From NCBI GenBank assembly GCA_017467815.1, contig JAFUKI010000077.1, positions 4,797 to 68,796 on the forward strand: a stretch of DNA of 64,000 bases, read 5' to 3'. The stretch's first letter is position 1. Each line of letters starts with the position of its first letter. The position numbers were made by a program, and so were the translations under genes. The notes under the pieces are model-generated. The model saw nothing but the letters and a program-made list of their open reading frames with translations. It did no database searches and had not been told where the DNA came from. Below are positions 1 to 10,490 of this stretch, piece after piece. The DNA is from Clostridia bacterium. Lineage in GTDB: Bacteria; Bacillota; Clostridia; Oscillospirales; CAG-272.

Positions 1-341
1 GGGGGATACCGTGTAAGAAATACGGCACAGGGACAAAACCGACAGCAGCAGTATTATGATGATTATCGCTGATCCAGCGGAAACTGTATCCGAAAGGGGA
101 GAGCTGCCCGAAGCGCTCTCCCTTTTTACAGCGTGAGATAGATTTATACAGAGTGCGGGGTATACCATGGAAAACAGAGTAAAAAGATTTGCTGTACTGA
201 ATCTGGGGATACTGCTTATGGCGGCGGGGGAAAGCGATCAGACTGCGGAAAAAGGTATATGAGATCGATCCCCATGCTTTTATGATCATCACAAAGACCA
301 GCGAGATCATGGGCAAGGGATTCAGAGACAATACAAACTGA
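1..341 (+). pseudogene. 3' remnant resembling the C-terminus of a YitT family (DUF2179) membrane protein, apparently frame-disrupted
   Basis: Reading the frame that ends at TGA 339-341 gives ...KAIRLRKKVYEIDPHAFMIITKTSEIMGKGFRDNTN*, typical of YitT C-termini. Upstream similarity (VMIIADPAETVSE...; GVYHGK) sits in other frames. Confidence 0.4.
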
Positions 342-376
342 AAACGCGTATATATTATATATAAAGGAAAAGAATT

Positions 377-2347
377 ATGATATCCATCAGTGCAAGCGGG
401 CTTTCCTACCATATCGGAACCCGTACGATTTTAGAAGATATAACATTCTCCCTGGAAGAAGGGGACAGACTGGGGATTGTCGGCGTCAACGGAAGCGGCA
501 AGTCCACGCTTCTGAAGCTTCTGGCAGATGAATATACACCGGATGAAGGAACGATCACCATCGGCAAGAACAAGATTGTGGGGATGCTGCATCAGGACGA
601 TGCCTTCCGGATCCTGCGTACCGGAGACGACAGTCCGCTGGACGAGACGGTACTGGGGCAGATGTACGCCATATTCCCGGAATTGTGCCGTGCGGAGGAA
701 AGACTGGCTGTTTTGCAGAAAGCGCTGGAAGAAGCGGCAAGCGGAGGGGATCAGGCGTATCTGGATCAGCTTTCCACGGAATTCACGAATCTGAACAACC
801 GCTTCATCGCAGACGGCGGTCTGTACTACAAATCCCGGTGCCAGAGCATCCTTACCAAACTGGGCTTCGGAGAAGAATACCGGAACCTGCCCGTATCTTC
901 TCTCAGCGGAGGGCAGAGAACCCGACTGGCACTGGCGCGTCTGCTGTCAAGAGAGCCGGACATTCTGCTGCTGGACGAGCCCACCAACCATCTGGACACG
1001 GAAACCATGCTGTGGCTGGAAGACCATCTGGCGAATTACAGGAAAACCGTGCTGGTCATCAGCCATGACCGACTGTTTTTGGACCGCGTGACCAACAAAA
1101 CCTTTGAAATCGAGCATACCCGGGGACGGCTGTACAAGTGCAGTTATACGGGATTTGTGGAAGAGAAGGAAAAGTGGAGACGGGAGCAGGAAAAACGCTA
1201 TCAGAACCAGCAGAAGGAGATCGCCCGTCTGGAAGCCTATATTGCCCAGCAGCGGGCATGGAACAGCGAACGGAACATCATCGCCGCGGAAAGCCGTGAG
1301 AAAGCGATTGCCCGTATGGAGAAGGTGGAAAAGCCGAAGAATCTGCCGAAATCCATCCGATTCTCCCTGCAAAGTTCCGGCGAAAGCGGAAACGACGTAC
1401 TGGAAGTCAAGAACCTGACCATGGGATTCGGGCAGAATATGCTGTTCAGGAATCTGTCCTTCCTTGTGAAAAAGCACGACCGTCTGTTTATCAGCGGTCC
1501 CAACGGATGCGGAAAATCCACATTGATCAAGCTGCTCCTCGGTCAGCTGGAAGCCATGGCAGGGGAGATCGAATTCGGCTATAATGTAACGATCGGTTAT
1601 TACGATCAGGAGAACCAGAACCTGTCGGAAGACAACACGGTACTGGACGAGCTGTGGGACGCCTATCCCAACCTGACCCAGACGGAGATCCGGAATACCC
1701 TGGCGCTGTTCCGTTTCCAGGGGGAAGATATTGAGAAGGAAGTGCGGGTACTGTCCGGCGGCGAGAGGGCGCGGCTGACGCTGGCGAAGCTGATTCTGTC
1801 CAAGATGAATCTGCTGATACTGGACGAGCCCACCAACCACCTGGACATCGGCTCCAGAGAAGCGCTGGAAAACGCCCTGGCATCCTTCGACGGCACGATC
1901 ATCGCCGTATCCCACGACCGGTATTTCACCCGCAAGCTGGCGAACCGGTTCATCGATCTGGCGGCATCCCCCGGCAGACCGGCAGACTTCCACGGCACCT
2001 ATGACGAATACGTACAGCTCGGCGGACAGCCCGGCGAAGAAAGCACCGCGGCAAAGGAAGCGAAAGAGGAAGAAAAACTCTCCCAAAAAGACGCCTACCT
2101 CCAGCGTAAGCAGGAAACCGCCCGCATCCGCCAGATGGAACGCCGCAGAGCCGCCGTAGATAAGGAGATCGAAAAACTGGAAGCCGAACTCATCGACATC
2201 GAAGACGCCCTCTACGGCGAAGCCGCCACCGACTACCACAAAGCCGCCGAACTCTCCGACCGCAAAATCACCGTCGAAGACCGCCTCATGCAGCTCTACG
2301 AAGAACAAGAAGAACTGGACAGCGCGTTAGCAGCTGTGGGGGAATGA
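377..2347 (+). CDS. ABC-F family ATP-binding cassette protein (two ABC domains, C-terminal coiled coil)
   Basis: Two Walker A motifs (GVNGSGKST, GPNGCGKST), signature motifs LSGGQRTRLALARLL / LSGGERARLTLAKLIL, no transmembrane domain, Lys/Glu-rich linker. Confidence 0.95.
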   Translation: MISISASGLSYHIGTRTILEDITFSLEEGDRLGIVGVNGSGKSTLLKLLADEYTPDEGTITIGKNKIVGMLHQDDAFRILRTGDDSPLDETVLGQMYAIFPELCRAEERLAVLQKALEEAASGGDQAYLDQLSTEFTNLNNRFIADGGLYYKSRCQSILTKLGFGEEYRNLPVSSLSGGQRTRLALARLLSREPDILLLDEPTNHLDTETMLWLEDHLANYRKTVLVISHDRLFLDRVTNKTFEIEHTRGRLYKCSYTGFVEEKEKWRREQEKRYQNQQKEIARLEAYIAQQRAWNSERNIIAAESREKAIARMEKVEKPKNLPKSIRFSLQSSGESGNDVLEVKNLTMGFGQNMLFRNLSFLVKKHDRLFISGPNGCGKSTLIKLLLGQLEAMAGEIEFGYNVTIGYYDQENQNLSEDNTVLDELWDAYPNLTQTEIRNTLALFRFQGEDIEKEVRVLSGGERARLTLAKLILSKMNLLILDEPTNHLDIGSREALENALASFDGTIIAVSHDRYFTRKLANRFIDLAASPGRPADFHGTYDEYVQLGGQPGEESTAAKEAKEEEKLSQKDAYLQRKQETARIRQMERRRAAVDKEIEKLEAELIDIEDALYGEAATDYHKAAELSDRKITVEDRLMQLYEEQEELDSALAAVGE

Positions 2348-2356
2348 TGAGTGTTC

Positions 2357-2443
2357 TTGGGGAAGGGAGGAAAACTTTTTGCGAAAAAGCTTTCCTCCCT
2401 TCCCCAAACCCCTTCCCACCTTTCAAAAAACTTTGAAAAATGG
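2357..2443 (+). repeat. Dispersed double-hairpin intergenic repeat, copy 1
   Basis: ttggggaagggaggaaaactttttgcgaaaaagctttcctcccttccccaa followed by accccttcccacctttcaaaaaactttgaaaaa. Immediately 3' of the ABC-F gene. Confidence 0.8.
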
Positions 2444-2504
2444 GACTGGATTCAGTTTGGTATTATTTATTGACCCAACAATAGTATCTGAACTTCCCTA
2501 CGAT

Positions 2505-2598
2505 ACAAGCCCAAACTGTGTAGCCTTCCCCAGCGAGGCAGGTATGCCTCAGGGGAAGGTGGCAGCCTTAAGGCTGACGGATGAGGTGTAACGAACGA
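2505..2598 (+). repeat. Palindromic intergenic repeat type B, copy 1
   Basis: aagcccaaactgtgtagCCTTCCCCagcGAGGCAggtaTGCCTCaGGGGAAGGtggCAGCCttaaGGCTGacggatgaggtgtaacg; near-identical to 36846-36933. Confidence 0.8.
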
Positions 2599-2653
2599 TT
2601 TAATATATTCTGACTGGGCAACTGACCATATCCCCAAAAAAGGAGCAGCAAAC

Positions 2654-3364
2654 ATGAAACGCAAAGCCTTAAAAGCCGCATTTCCCCATACAATACCCAT
2701 ATTTGCCGGATTCTGGTTCCTTGGAATGGCATACGGCATCTACATGAACGTATCCGGCTTTTCCTTCTGGTACCCGCTTGCGATGAGTATCGTAATATTC
2801 GGCGGTTCACTGGAATTTGTAACCGTGTCCATGCTTCTCTCGCCTTTCGCGCCGGTACAGACCTTGCTGGCAGCACTGATGATACAGGCAAGGCACATCT
2901 TTTACGGAATTGCCATGCTGGAAAAATACAAAGGACTCGGCTGGAAACGGTTTTATCTGATTTTCGGAATGTGTGACGAATCCTTTTCCATCAACTGCTC
3001 CGCGGAAATTCCGGAAGGTGTGGACAGAGGATGGTTCTACTTCTTCGTCACCCTGCTGAATCAGCTGTACTGGGTTACCGGTTCCACCATGGGCGGATTT
3101 CTCGGCTCGGTACTGGACTTCAATACGGAAGGACTGGAATTTGTCATGACCGCCATGTTCGTGGTTATCTTCCTGGAACAGCTGCTGAAAGAGAAAAACC
3201 ACAGCACCGCCGTGATCGGTCTTGCCGCATCCGTGGTCTGCCTGGTGATCTTCGGTGCGGATTCCTTCCTGCTGCCCACCATGGCATGCACCCTGCTTCT
3301 GCTGACCGCCTTCCGCAAACCGCTGGAAAAAGCCGGCTTTAAAGGAGAGGAGGATGCCGTATGA
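2654..3364 (+). CDS. azlC: AzlC family branched-chain amino acid exporter subunit
   Basis: Protein MKRKALKAAFPHTIPIFAGFWFLGMAYGIYM..., typical AzlC membrane protein, overlapping azlD by ATGA. Confidence 0.85.
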   Translation: MKRKALKAAFPHTIPIFAGFWFLGMAYGIYMNVSGFSFWYPLAMSIVIFGGSLEFVTVSMLLSPFAPVQTLLAALMIQARHIFYGIAMLEKYKGLGWKRFYLIFGMCDESFSINCSAEIPEGVDRGWFYFFVTLLNQLYWVTGSTMGGFLGSVLDFNTEGLEFVMTAMFVVIFLEQLLKEKNHSTAVIGLAASVVCLVIFGADSFLLPTMACTLLLLTAFRKPLEKAGFKGEEDAV

Positions 3365-3687
3365 CCCTGACCGAGTAGATTCTGACCATCGCCATGTGCG
3401 TGCTGGGGACGATGGCGACCCGTTTTCTTCCCTTCCTGATATTCGGTGAGAATCGTCCGACACCCCGATACATATCCTTCCTCGGCAAAGCCCTGCCGGC
3501 AGCCGTATTTGCCATGCTGGTGGTCTACTGCCTGAAAGATGTATCCGTCCTGACCGGCAGCCGCGGCATTCCCGAAGCCATCGCCATCGCCGCAACCGTA
3601 CTGATCCACCTGTGGCGGCGGCAGATGCTCCTTTCCGTGGCAGGGGGAACCGTCGTGTATATGCTGCTTGTACAGCTGATTTTCTGA
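3361..3687 (+). pseudogene. azlD: AzlD family protein with in-frame TAG at codon 6 (either disrupted or initiated internally at 3394)
   Basis: ATG ACC CTG ACC GAG TAG ATT CTG ACC ATC GCC ATG TGC ...; product continues as [49 protein letters not shown]..., typical AzlD. The first five codons overlap azlC by ATGA. Confidence 0.7.
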
Positions 3688-3842
3688 GATTTTGACCAAA
3701 GATCCCGCAAATATGGCAGATCATCCCGGATTTTCTTGCCGCAAACCTCGTAAAATCCATAATATTTGTCATAATTACCAAAAACAAAGCGAAAAGTTCG
3801 TGTAATTTCTCATAAATAAAAGAAAAAAACGAGCCAAAGACC

Positions 3843-3871
3843 TTGATTTCTTTTCGGAAATATGGTAAAAT
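3843..3871 (+). promoter_or_regulatory. Putative sigma-A promoter of the S10 operon (TTGATT-17-TAAAAT)
   Basis: TTGATT 3843-3848, TAAAAT 3866-3871, 17 bp spacer; about 300 nt upstream of rpsJ. Confidence 0.6.
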
Positions 3872-3877
3872 AGTATC

Positions 3878-4180
3878 ACTTGATGTGCGATGAGGTGGGA
3901 GGTTGCCACGGGTTCCATACTGTCAGGACCGCGTGGGGAATTTCCACTGAGTATGTCCGAGTAAATCGGGCGGAATGAATACGACGGTGACCGTGACGAA
4001 GATCGTCCTGCAAAGGGGGATCTTTGCGTTCCGAGTACCGGAGTTTAGGCTTGGGAGGGCAACAGTCTTCCCTAAGGCGAGCCGAAATTCCGGATTCATT
4101 CAGGAGACCCACGACACACCCGGAAGCGTGTTCATCGCCTCAACTTCCATTTTTTATAAATGCTCAAGGAGGCATAACCA
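3878..4180 (+). promoter_or_regulatory. Long structured 5' leader of rpsJ (candidate r-protein leader RNA)
   Basis: About 300 nt GC-rich non-coding region between the promoter and rpsJ containing inverted repeats (e.g. gggagggcaacagtcttccc). Confidence 0.4.
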
Positions 4181-4492
4181 ATGGCAGCAAGCGAAAAAAT
4201 CAGAGTAAGACTCAAGAGCTACGAACACTCTCTTATCGACCAGGCGGCTGAAAAGATCGTTGACATCGCTAAGAGAAACGGCGCAGAAGTTTCCGGTCCC
4301 GTACCGCTGCCCACCGAGAAGGAAATCATCACCATTCTCCGTGCGGTACACAAGTACAAGGACAGCCGTGAACAGTTTGAACAGAGAACCCACAAGAGAC
4401 TGATCGAGATCCGCAAGCCTTCCCAGAAGGTTGTAGAAGCTCTGATGTCCGTGGAACTCCCCGCCGGCGTAGACATCGACCTGAAGCTGTAA
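4181..4492 (+). CDS. rpsJ: 30S ribosomal protein S10
   Basis: [23 protein letters not shown]...GPVPLPTEK...; gene order. Confidence 0.98.
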   Translation: MAASEKIRVRLKSYEHSLIDQAAEKIVDIAKRNGAEVSGPVPLPTEKEIITILRAVHKYKDSREQFEQRTHKRLIEIRKPSQKVVEALMSVELPAGVDIDLKL

Positions 4493-4722
4493 TTACAGAA
4501 AAAGGTCACGCAAATTTCAATCATACCCCTTAACAGGGAGATGAAAATGCACTGATGACGCGAAATCGCGGGCAGGTGCAAAACTCTCCAATGCGTAACA
4601 GAGCGTAAAGGCGAGAACGGTGCTTCCGACCGCTTGAGCCGGCAGTTGCACGCTTGATGTGCGGAGAGGTCATGTTGATGCGGAAGTGTCAACCAATAAC
4701 CTTATTTCAAGGAGGAAAAACG

Positions 4723-5355
4723 ATGAAAAAAGGAATCATCGGAAAGAAGCTGGGTATGACCCAGATCTTCACAGAAAACGGTCAGGTGATCCCGGTTACC
4801 GTAATCGAAGCCGGCCCCTGCAGCATCACCCAGAAGAAGACCGTTGAAACAGACGGCTACAATGCCGTACAGCTCGCTTTCGAAGACATCCGTGAAAAGC
4901 TGGTGAATAAGCCCGCTGCCGGACACTTCAAGAAGGCAGGCGTAAGCTTCAAGAGACATCTGAAGGAATTCCGTCTGGACGACATCGAAAACCTGAATCC
5001 CGGTGACGTGATAGCCGCCGATACCTTCGCCGCTGGCGACAAGGTCGACATTACCGGTATCACAAAGGGTCACGGTTACTCCGGCGTTGTAAAGAGATGG
5101 AATTTCGCGATCAAGAGAATGACACACGGTGGTGGACCTGTTCACCGTCATGGCGGTTCTCTGGGTCAGAACTCTACCCCGTCCAGAATCTACAAGAACA
5201 AGAAAATGGCAGGTCAGTACGGTAACGAACAGGTAACCGTTCTGAATCTCGAAGTTGTCAAGGTTGATACCGAAAAGAACCTGATCGCAGTTAAGGGTGC
5301 AGTACCCGGCGCTAAGGGCTCCATCGTGTTCCTCCGTGACAGCGTGAAAGCATAA
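4723..5355 (+). CDS. rplC: 50S ribosomal protein L3
   Basis: [16 protein letters not shown]...; RBS aaggagg upstream of 4723 (ORF-track start 4654 is too early). Confidence 0.97.
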   Translation: MKKGIIGKKLGMTQIFTENGQVIPVTVIEAGPCSITQKKTVETDGYNAVQLAFEDIREKLVNKPAAGHFKKAGVSFKRHLKEFRLDDIENLNPGDVIAADTFAAGDKVDITGITKGHGYSGVVKRWNFAIKRMTHGGGPVHRHGGSLGQNSTPSRIYKNKKMAGQYGNEQVTVLNLEVVKVDTEKNLIAVKGAVPGAKGSIVFLRDSVKA

Positions 5356-5375
5356 GTCGGAAGGAGGATATAGAA

Positions 5376-5999
5376 ATGGCCGAAATGAAAGTAGTAAACA
5401 TGGCAGGTGCTGAAGTTGGTACCATTACACTGGCTGACAGCGTTTTCGCATGTGAAATCAACGGTGCTGTCCTCCATGCGGCAGTAAAGTCCTACCTGGG
5501 CAACCAGAGACAGGGCACACAGTCCACCCTGACCCGTACCGAAGTATCCGGCGGCGGTAAGAAGCCCTGGAGACAGAAGGGTACAGGCCGTGCAAGACAG
5601 GGTTCCACCAGAGCGCCCCAGTGGACACACGGCGGCGTAGCACTCGGTCCCAAGCCCCGTCTGTACAAGACCAAGGTGAACAAGAAGGTTCGCCGCATCG
5701 CTATGACCAGCGCCCTTTCTTCTAAGGTTGCTGCAAGCGAAATGATCGTTGTAGACAGCATCGCTGCTACCGAATACAAGACCAAGACCATGGTCAAGAT
5801 GCTCTCCGATATCGGAGCAGGCAAGAAGGTTCTCGTTGTTCTTCCCGCAGTAGATGCAATGGTTCAGGGCAGCCTGAACAACATCGAAGGCGTAAAGGTT
5901 GTTACCGCGGGTACCCTCTGCGTATACGACATCCTGAACTGCAATTCCTTCGTAATTGCAAAGGATGCTGTACAGAAACTTGAGGAGGTGTACGCATAA
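5376..5999 (+). CDS. rplD: 50S ribosomal protein L4
   Basis: GNQRQGTQSTLTRTEVSGGGKKPWRQKGTGRARQGS... Confidence 0.98.
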   Translation: MAEMKVVNMAGAEVGTITLADSVFACEINGAVLHAAVKSYLGNQRQGTQSTLTRTEVSGGGKKPWRQKGTGRARQGSTRAPQWTHGGVALGPKPRLYKTKVNKKVRRIAMTSALSSKVAASEMIVVDSIAATEYKTKTMVKMLSDIGAGKKVLVVLPAVDAMVQGSLNNIEGVKVVTAGTLCVYDILNCNSFVIAKDAVQKLEEVYA

Positions 6000-6295
6000 T
6001 GAAATTCGTACAGGATATCATCATCAGACCCCTCATTACCGAACGTTCCATGGACGGCATCGCTGAAAAGAAGTACACCTTCGAAGTTGCCAAGTCCGCT
6101 ACCAAGCCGGAAATCGCCGCTGCTGTGGAAGCAATGTTCAAGGGCACCAAGGTAAAGAGCGTAAATACCATCAACATGAAGTCCAAGCCGAAGAGAGTTC
6201 GTATGGTTCCCGGTAAGACCGCTTCCTGGAAGAAAGCGATCGTAACCCTCGCAGAGGATTCCGCTACCATCGAGTTCTTTGAAGGTATGAACTAA
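5999..6295 (+). CDS. rplW: 50S ribosomal protein L23
   Basis: DIIIRPLITERSMD...KYTFEV...VNTINMK. Confidence 0.97.
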   Translation: MKFVQDIIIRPLITERSMDGIAEKKYTFEVAKSATKPEIAAAVEAMFKGTKVKSVNTINMKSKPKRVRMVPGKTASWKKAIVTLAEDSATIEFFEGMN

Positions 6296-6315
6296 TCAGA
6301 AGGAGGAAGTAAGAA

Positions 6316-7146
6316 ATGCCTACAATCAAGTATAAGCCGACTACACCGGCGAGAAGACATATGTCTGTTCCTTCCTTCGAGGAAATCACCAAGTTTACCC
6401 CCGAAAAGACCCTTCTCGCTAAGAAGAAGAAGAACTCCGGTCGTAACAGCTACGGTCGCATCACTGTTCGCCATAAGGGCGGCGGAAACCGTCAGAAGTA
6501 CCGTCTGATCGACTTCAAGCGTCAGAACGAACTGGCTCAGACCGTAATCGGCGTTGAATACGACCCCAACCGTACCGCTTATATCGCTCTGCTGCAGGAT
6601 ACCGAAGGCAAGAAGAGCTATATCGTAGCTCCCGTTGGCGTTACCGATGGTCAGGTTCTGCACTCCGGTGCCGATTCCGACATCGTTCCCGGTAACACCC
6701 TGCCTCTGAAGAACATTCCCGACGGTACCTTCATCCACAACATCGAGCTCTCTCCCGGAAAGGGCGGCCAGATGGTTCGTTCCGCCGGTACGCAGGCTCA
6801 GCTGATGGGTAAGGAAAACGGCATGGTAATGGTTCGTCTCCCCTCCGGCGAAATGCGTTACGTTCGCGAAGACTGCAAGGCGACTATCGGTCAGGTAGGT
6901 AACATCGAACATGATACCGTTAAGATCGGTAAGGCTGGTAAGAAGCGTCACATGGGCATCCGTCCCACAGTTCGCGGTTCCGTAATGAACCCCTGCGATC
7001 ACCCCCATGGTGGTGGTGAAGGTCGTTCTCCCATCGGTCGTCCCGGCCCGGTTACTCCCTGGGGTAAGCCTGCTCTGGGTTATAAGACCAGAAACAAGAA
7101 GGCCCGCACCGATAAGATGATCGTGAAGCGCAGAAACAGCAAATAA
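6316..7146 (+). CDS. rplB: 50S ribosomal protein L2
   Basis: [15 protein letters not shown]...[16 protein letters not shown]...[23 protein letters not shown]. Confidence 0.98.
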   Translation: MPTIKYKPTTPARRHMSVPSFEEITKFTPEKTLLAKKKKNSGRNSYGRITVRHKGGGNRQKYRLIDFKRQNELAQTVIGVEYDPNRTAYIALLQDTEGKKSYIVAPVGVTDGQVLHSGADSDIVPGNTLPLKNIPDGTFIHNIELSPGKGGQMVRSAGTQAQLMGKENGMVMVRLPSGEMRYVREDCKATIGQVGNIEHDTVKIGKAGKKRHMGIRPTVRGSVMNPCDHPHGGGEGRSPIGRPGPVTPWGKPALGYKTRNKKARTDKMIVKRRNSK

Positions 7147-7165
7147 GGAAGGAGGCAACACATAA

Positions 7166-7447
7166 ATGAGCAGAAGTTTGAAAAAAGCACCGTTTATCGA
7201 AGAAAAGCTCTATGAAAGAGTTTGCCAGATGAACGAAAAAGGCGAAAAGAAGGTGCTGAAGACCTGGTCCAGAGCCTCCACCATCTTCCCGGAATTCGTT
7301 GGTCACACCATTGCTGTTCACGACGGCAAGAAGCACGTTCCGGTTTATGTTACTGAGGATATGGTAGGCCATAAGTTCGGTGAGTTCGCTCCCACCAGAA
7401 CCTTCAAAGGTCATGCCGGTTCCAAGACTTCCAACAACGGTAAATAA
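7166..7447 (+). CDS. rpsS: 30S ribosomal protein S19
   Basis: [15 protein letters not shown]...[16 protein letters not shown]. Confidence 0.98.
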   Translation: MSRSLKKAPFIEEKLYERVCQMNEKGEKKVLKTWSRASTIFPEFVGHTIAVHDGKKHVPVYVTEDMVGHKFGEFAPTRTFKGHAGSKTSNNGK

Positions 7448-7473
7448 TGCGAAAGGGAGGACAAGAAGTTATA

Positions 7474-7809
7474 ATGGAATCCAAATCTACCCAGAAACAC
7501 ATCCGCATCTCCCCTCGCAAGGTTAAGATCGTTCTCGATCTGATCCGTGGGAAGGATTATGCGACCGCATGTGGTATTCTGAAGAATACCCCCAAGTCCG
7601 CCAGCCCCTATGTTCTCAAGCTCCTCAACAAGGTTGCAGCAGATGCTGAGAACAACTTCAATATGGATCCCGAAAAGCTCTACGTGTCTGAGTGCTTCGT
7701 ATGCCCCGGCATGACTCTGAAGCGCATCATGCCCCGTGGTAAGGGTTCCGCTGACCGGATTTTGAAGAGAACCAGCCATATCACTGTGGCAGTGAAGGAA
7801 AAAGAGTAA
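7474..7809 (+). CDS. rplV: 50S ribosomal protein L22
   Basis: HIRISPRKVKIVLDLIRGKDY...IMPRGKGSADRILKRTSHITV; start at ATG 7474 after RBS. Confidence 0.96.
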   Translation: MESKSTQKHIRISPRKVKIVLDLIRGKDYATACGILKNTPKSASPYVLKLLNKVAADAENNFNMDPEKLYVSECFVCPGMTLKRIMPRGKGSADRILKRTSHITVAVKEKE

Positions 7810-7824
7810 GGAGGCAGTCGAAAT

Positions 7825-8667
7825 ATGGGACAGAAAGTGAATCCGCACGGCCTTCGTGTCGGCGTCATCAAAAACTGGGACTCCAGATGGTATGCCTCCG
7901 ATGAAAAATTCGGCGATACCCTGGTCCAGGACTACAAAGTAAGAGAATTCCTGAAGGAAAAGCTGTTCCTTGCAGGCGTTCCGAAGATTGAAATCGAAAG
8001 AACCAACACCGGCAGAGTAAGAGTGTTCATCCACTGTGCTAAGCCCGGTATGGTTATCGGCCGCGGCGGCAGCGAGATCGATACCCTCAAGCGGGACATC
8101 GAAAAGATCGTTAAGGTTCCCGTGGACGTAAACGTTATCGAAGAAAAGCCCATCGATATGAACGCACAGCTGGTTGCTGAATCCATCGCGTCCTCTCTGG
8201 AACGCCGTGTTTCCTTCCGCCGTGCCATGAAGCAGGCTATCCAGCGCACCATGCGTCTGGGTGCCAAGGGTATCAAGGTTTGCCTGTCCGGTCGTCTTGC
8301 CGGTGCTGAAATCGCAAGAACCGAACACTACCATGAAGGTACCATTCCGCTGCAGACCATCCGTGCTGACATCGACTACGGTTTCTGGGAAGCAAACACC
8401 ACCTACGGTAAGATCGGCGTAAAGGTATGGATCTACAAGGGCGAAGTTCTGTCCGAAGTAGTTCGCACCGGCGCTAACGCGGAAGATAAGAAGCCCCAGA
8501 GACGTGACCGCAGAGATGGCCAGAGACGTGACCGCAGAGACGGTGACCGCCGTGGCTTCCAGAAGAGAGACGGTCAGCAGAACAGAGCTCCCCGCGGTGA
8601 CAACAGACCCCCCAGAGCTCCCCGTGCTGCAGCTCCCGCAAAAGAACAGGAAGGAGGCGCTAACTGA
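7825..8667 (+). CDS. rpsC: 30S ribosomal protein S3 with long Arg/Asp/Gly-rich C-terminal tail
   Basis: [15 protein letters not shown]...; KH domain; C-terminal [56 protein letters not shown]. Confidence 0.97.
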   Translation: MGQKVNPHGLRVGVIKNWDSRWYASDEKFGDTLVQDYKVREFLKEKLFLAGVPKIEIERTNTGRVRVFIHCAKPGMVIGRGGSEIDTLKRDIEKIVKVPVDVNVIEEKPIDMNAQLVAESIASSLERRVSFRRAMKQAIQRTMRLGAKGIKVCLSGRLAGAEIARTEHYHEGTIPLQTIRADIDYGFWEANTTYGKIGVKVWIYKGEVLSEVVRTGANAEDKKPQRRDRRDGQRRDRRDGDRRGFQKRDGQQNRAPRGDNRPPRAPRAAAPAKEQEGGAN

Positions 8668-9098
8668 TGCTGAGACCTAAGAGAGAAAAATACAGACGTA
8701 TTCAGAGAGGCCGCCTCACCGGTAAGGCACTCCGCGGTAACAAGATCACCAACGGCGAATTCGGTCTCGTAGCTACCGAACCCGCATGGATCACCGCAAA
8801 CCAGATCGAAGCAGCCCGTATTGCTATGACCCGTTACGTAAAGCGTGGCGGTCAGGTCTGGATCAAGATTTTCCCGGACAAGCCCATCACCGAAAAGCCT
8901 GCTGAAACCCGAATGGGTTCCGGTAAGGGTTCTCCCGAATATTGGGTAGCCGTAGTTAAGCCGGGCAGAGTAATGTTTGAAATGGCCGGTATTCCGGAAG
9001 AAGCTGCAAGAGAAGCTATGCGTCTCGCTATGCATAAGCTCCCCATCAAGTGCCGCTTCGCTACCAAGGAACAACTGGAAAATGAAGTGGAGGGATAA
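8667..9098 (+). CDS. rplP: 50S ribosomal protein L16
   Basis: [25 protein letters not shown]...[38 protein letters not shown]. Confidence 0.98.
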   Translation: MLRPKREKYRRIQRGRLTGKALRGNKITNGEFGLVATEPAWITANQIEAARIAMTRYVKRGGQVWIKIFPDKPITEKPAETRMGSGKGSPEYWVAVVKPGRVMFEMAGIPEEAAREAMRLAMHKLPIKCRFATKEQLENEVEG

Positions 9099-9101
9099 GC
9101 T

Positions 9102-9290
9102 GTGAAGGCAACAGAACTCAGAAACAAATCCGGCGAAGAGCTCGAATCTATGCTCGAGTCTCTTAAGTCCGAGCTCTTTAATCTCCGTTTTCAGCTCGCT
9201 ATCAACCAGCTTGAAAACCCCCACAAGATTAAGGAAACCAAAAAGGAAATCGCTCGTGTGATGACCGTCATCGCAGAGAAGAAGGCATAA
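9102..9290 (+). CDS. rpmC: 50S ribosomal protein L29 (GTG start)
   Basis: [52 protein letters not shown]. Confidence 0.95.
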   Translation: MKATELRNKSGEELESMLESLKSELFNLRFQLAINQLENPHKIKETKKEIARVMTVIAEKKA

Positions 9291-9303
9291 GGGGGATATA
9301 AAA

Positions 9304-9561
9304 ATGGCAGAACGCGCACTCAGAAAGACCAGAGTGGGTAAGGTCGTCAGCAATAAGATGGACAAGACCATCGTTGTAGCTATCGCAGACCACGTTAAGC
9401 ACCCCACTTATGGCAAGATCATCAAGCGCACCACCAAGATCCATGCTCATGACGAAAACAACGTCTGCGGCATCGGTGACACCGTTGAAGTAATGGAAAC
9501 CAGACCGCTGTCCAAGTCCAAGAGATGGAGACTGGTTGAAATTATCGAAAAGGCTAAGTAA
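9304..9561 (+). CDS. rpsQ: 30S ribosomal protein S17
   Basis: [18 protein letters not shown]...KIHAHDENN...[27 protein letters not shown]. Confidence 0.97.
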   Translation: MAERALRKTRVGKVVSNKMDKTIVVAIADHVKHPTYGKIIKRTTKIHAHDENNVCGIGDTVEVMETRPLSKSKRWRLVEIIEKAK

Positions 9562-9774
9562 TTTAAATTTCGTAATACATGATTTCCGGGGAGGCAGGGT
9601 TCGTCCCATCGCCTCTCTGCGGAAAACGTGTCAGTAAAAAAATGCTGGGAAACCGCAGGACAAGCGTGCGGAGCAGGGGTCAGCCGGCAGGGGTAACACC
9701 CTTCTTTGACACCCTTTGGTCGTACGAACTCTCCTACGGTGTAGCCTCATTTTAAAATCCAAGGAGGATACAAC

Positions 9775-10143
9775 ATGATTCAGCAGCAGTCCTTAATGAA
9801 GGTTGCCGACAACACCGGTGCAAAAGAACTTATGTGCATCCGTGTTCTGGGCGGCACCGGCAGACGCTACGCAAACATCGGTGATGTTGTTGTATGCGCT
9901 GTAAAGAAGGCAGCACCCGGCGGCGTTGTTAAAAAAGGCGACGTTGTCAAGGCCGTAGTAGTCAGAAGCAGAAAGGGTCTCCGCAGAAATGACGGTTCCT
10001 ATATCAAGTTTGACGAAAACGCAGCCGTAATTATCAATGAAGACAAGAACCCCAAGGGTACCCGTATCTTCGGGCCTGTAGCTCGTGAACTCCGTGAACA
10101 CGAATACACCAAGATCCTGTCCCTTGCACCCGAAGTTCTTTAA
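9775..10143 (+). CDS. rplN: 50S ribosomal protein L14
   Basis: [27 protein letters not shown]... Confidence 0.98.
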   Translation: MIQQQSLMKVADNTGAKELMCIRVLGGTGRRYANIGDVVVCAVKKAAPGGVVKKGDVVKAVVVRSRKGLRRNDGSYIKFDENAAVIINEDKNPKGTRIFGPVARELREHEYTKILSLAPEVL

Positions 10144-10158
10144 TGGAGGTACGATAAA

Positions 10159-10476
10159 ATGATGAAAAAGCTTCATGTAAAGACGGGCGATATGGTCATC
10201 GTAGTTTCCGGTGACGACAAGGGAAAGACCGGTAAGGTTGTAGAAGTTTCTCCCAAGGAAGGTAAAGTAATCGTAAGCGGCGTGAATCTGGTAAAGAAGC
10301 ACGTTAAGCCGAGACCTCCCCAGGAAAACGGCGGTATTCTGGAAGTAGAAGGCGCTATGTACGCTTCTAAGGTTCAGCTGTACTGCGAAAAGTGCAAGAA
10401 GCCCACAAGAGCTGCCCACAAGATGGACGGCGAAAAGAAAGTTCGCGTTTGCACCAAGTGCGGCGCTGAACTGTAA
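10159..10476 (+). CDS. rplX: 50S ribosomal protein L24
   Basis: [24 protein letters not shown]... Confidence 0.97.
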   Translation: MMKKLHVKTGDMVIVVSGDDKGKTGKVVEVSPKEGKVIVSGVNLVKKHVKPRPPQENGGILEVEGAMYASKVQLYCEKCKKPTRAAHKMDGEKKVRVCTKCGAEL

Positions 10477-10490
10477 TTCGGAGGTGTACG

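Noticed and set aside
947-2308. 453-aa minus ORF opposite the ABC-F gene, and long minus ORFs opposite rpoA, rplB, secY and rpsC
   Set aside because: Antisense shadows of conserved genes. No operon structure on that strand.
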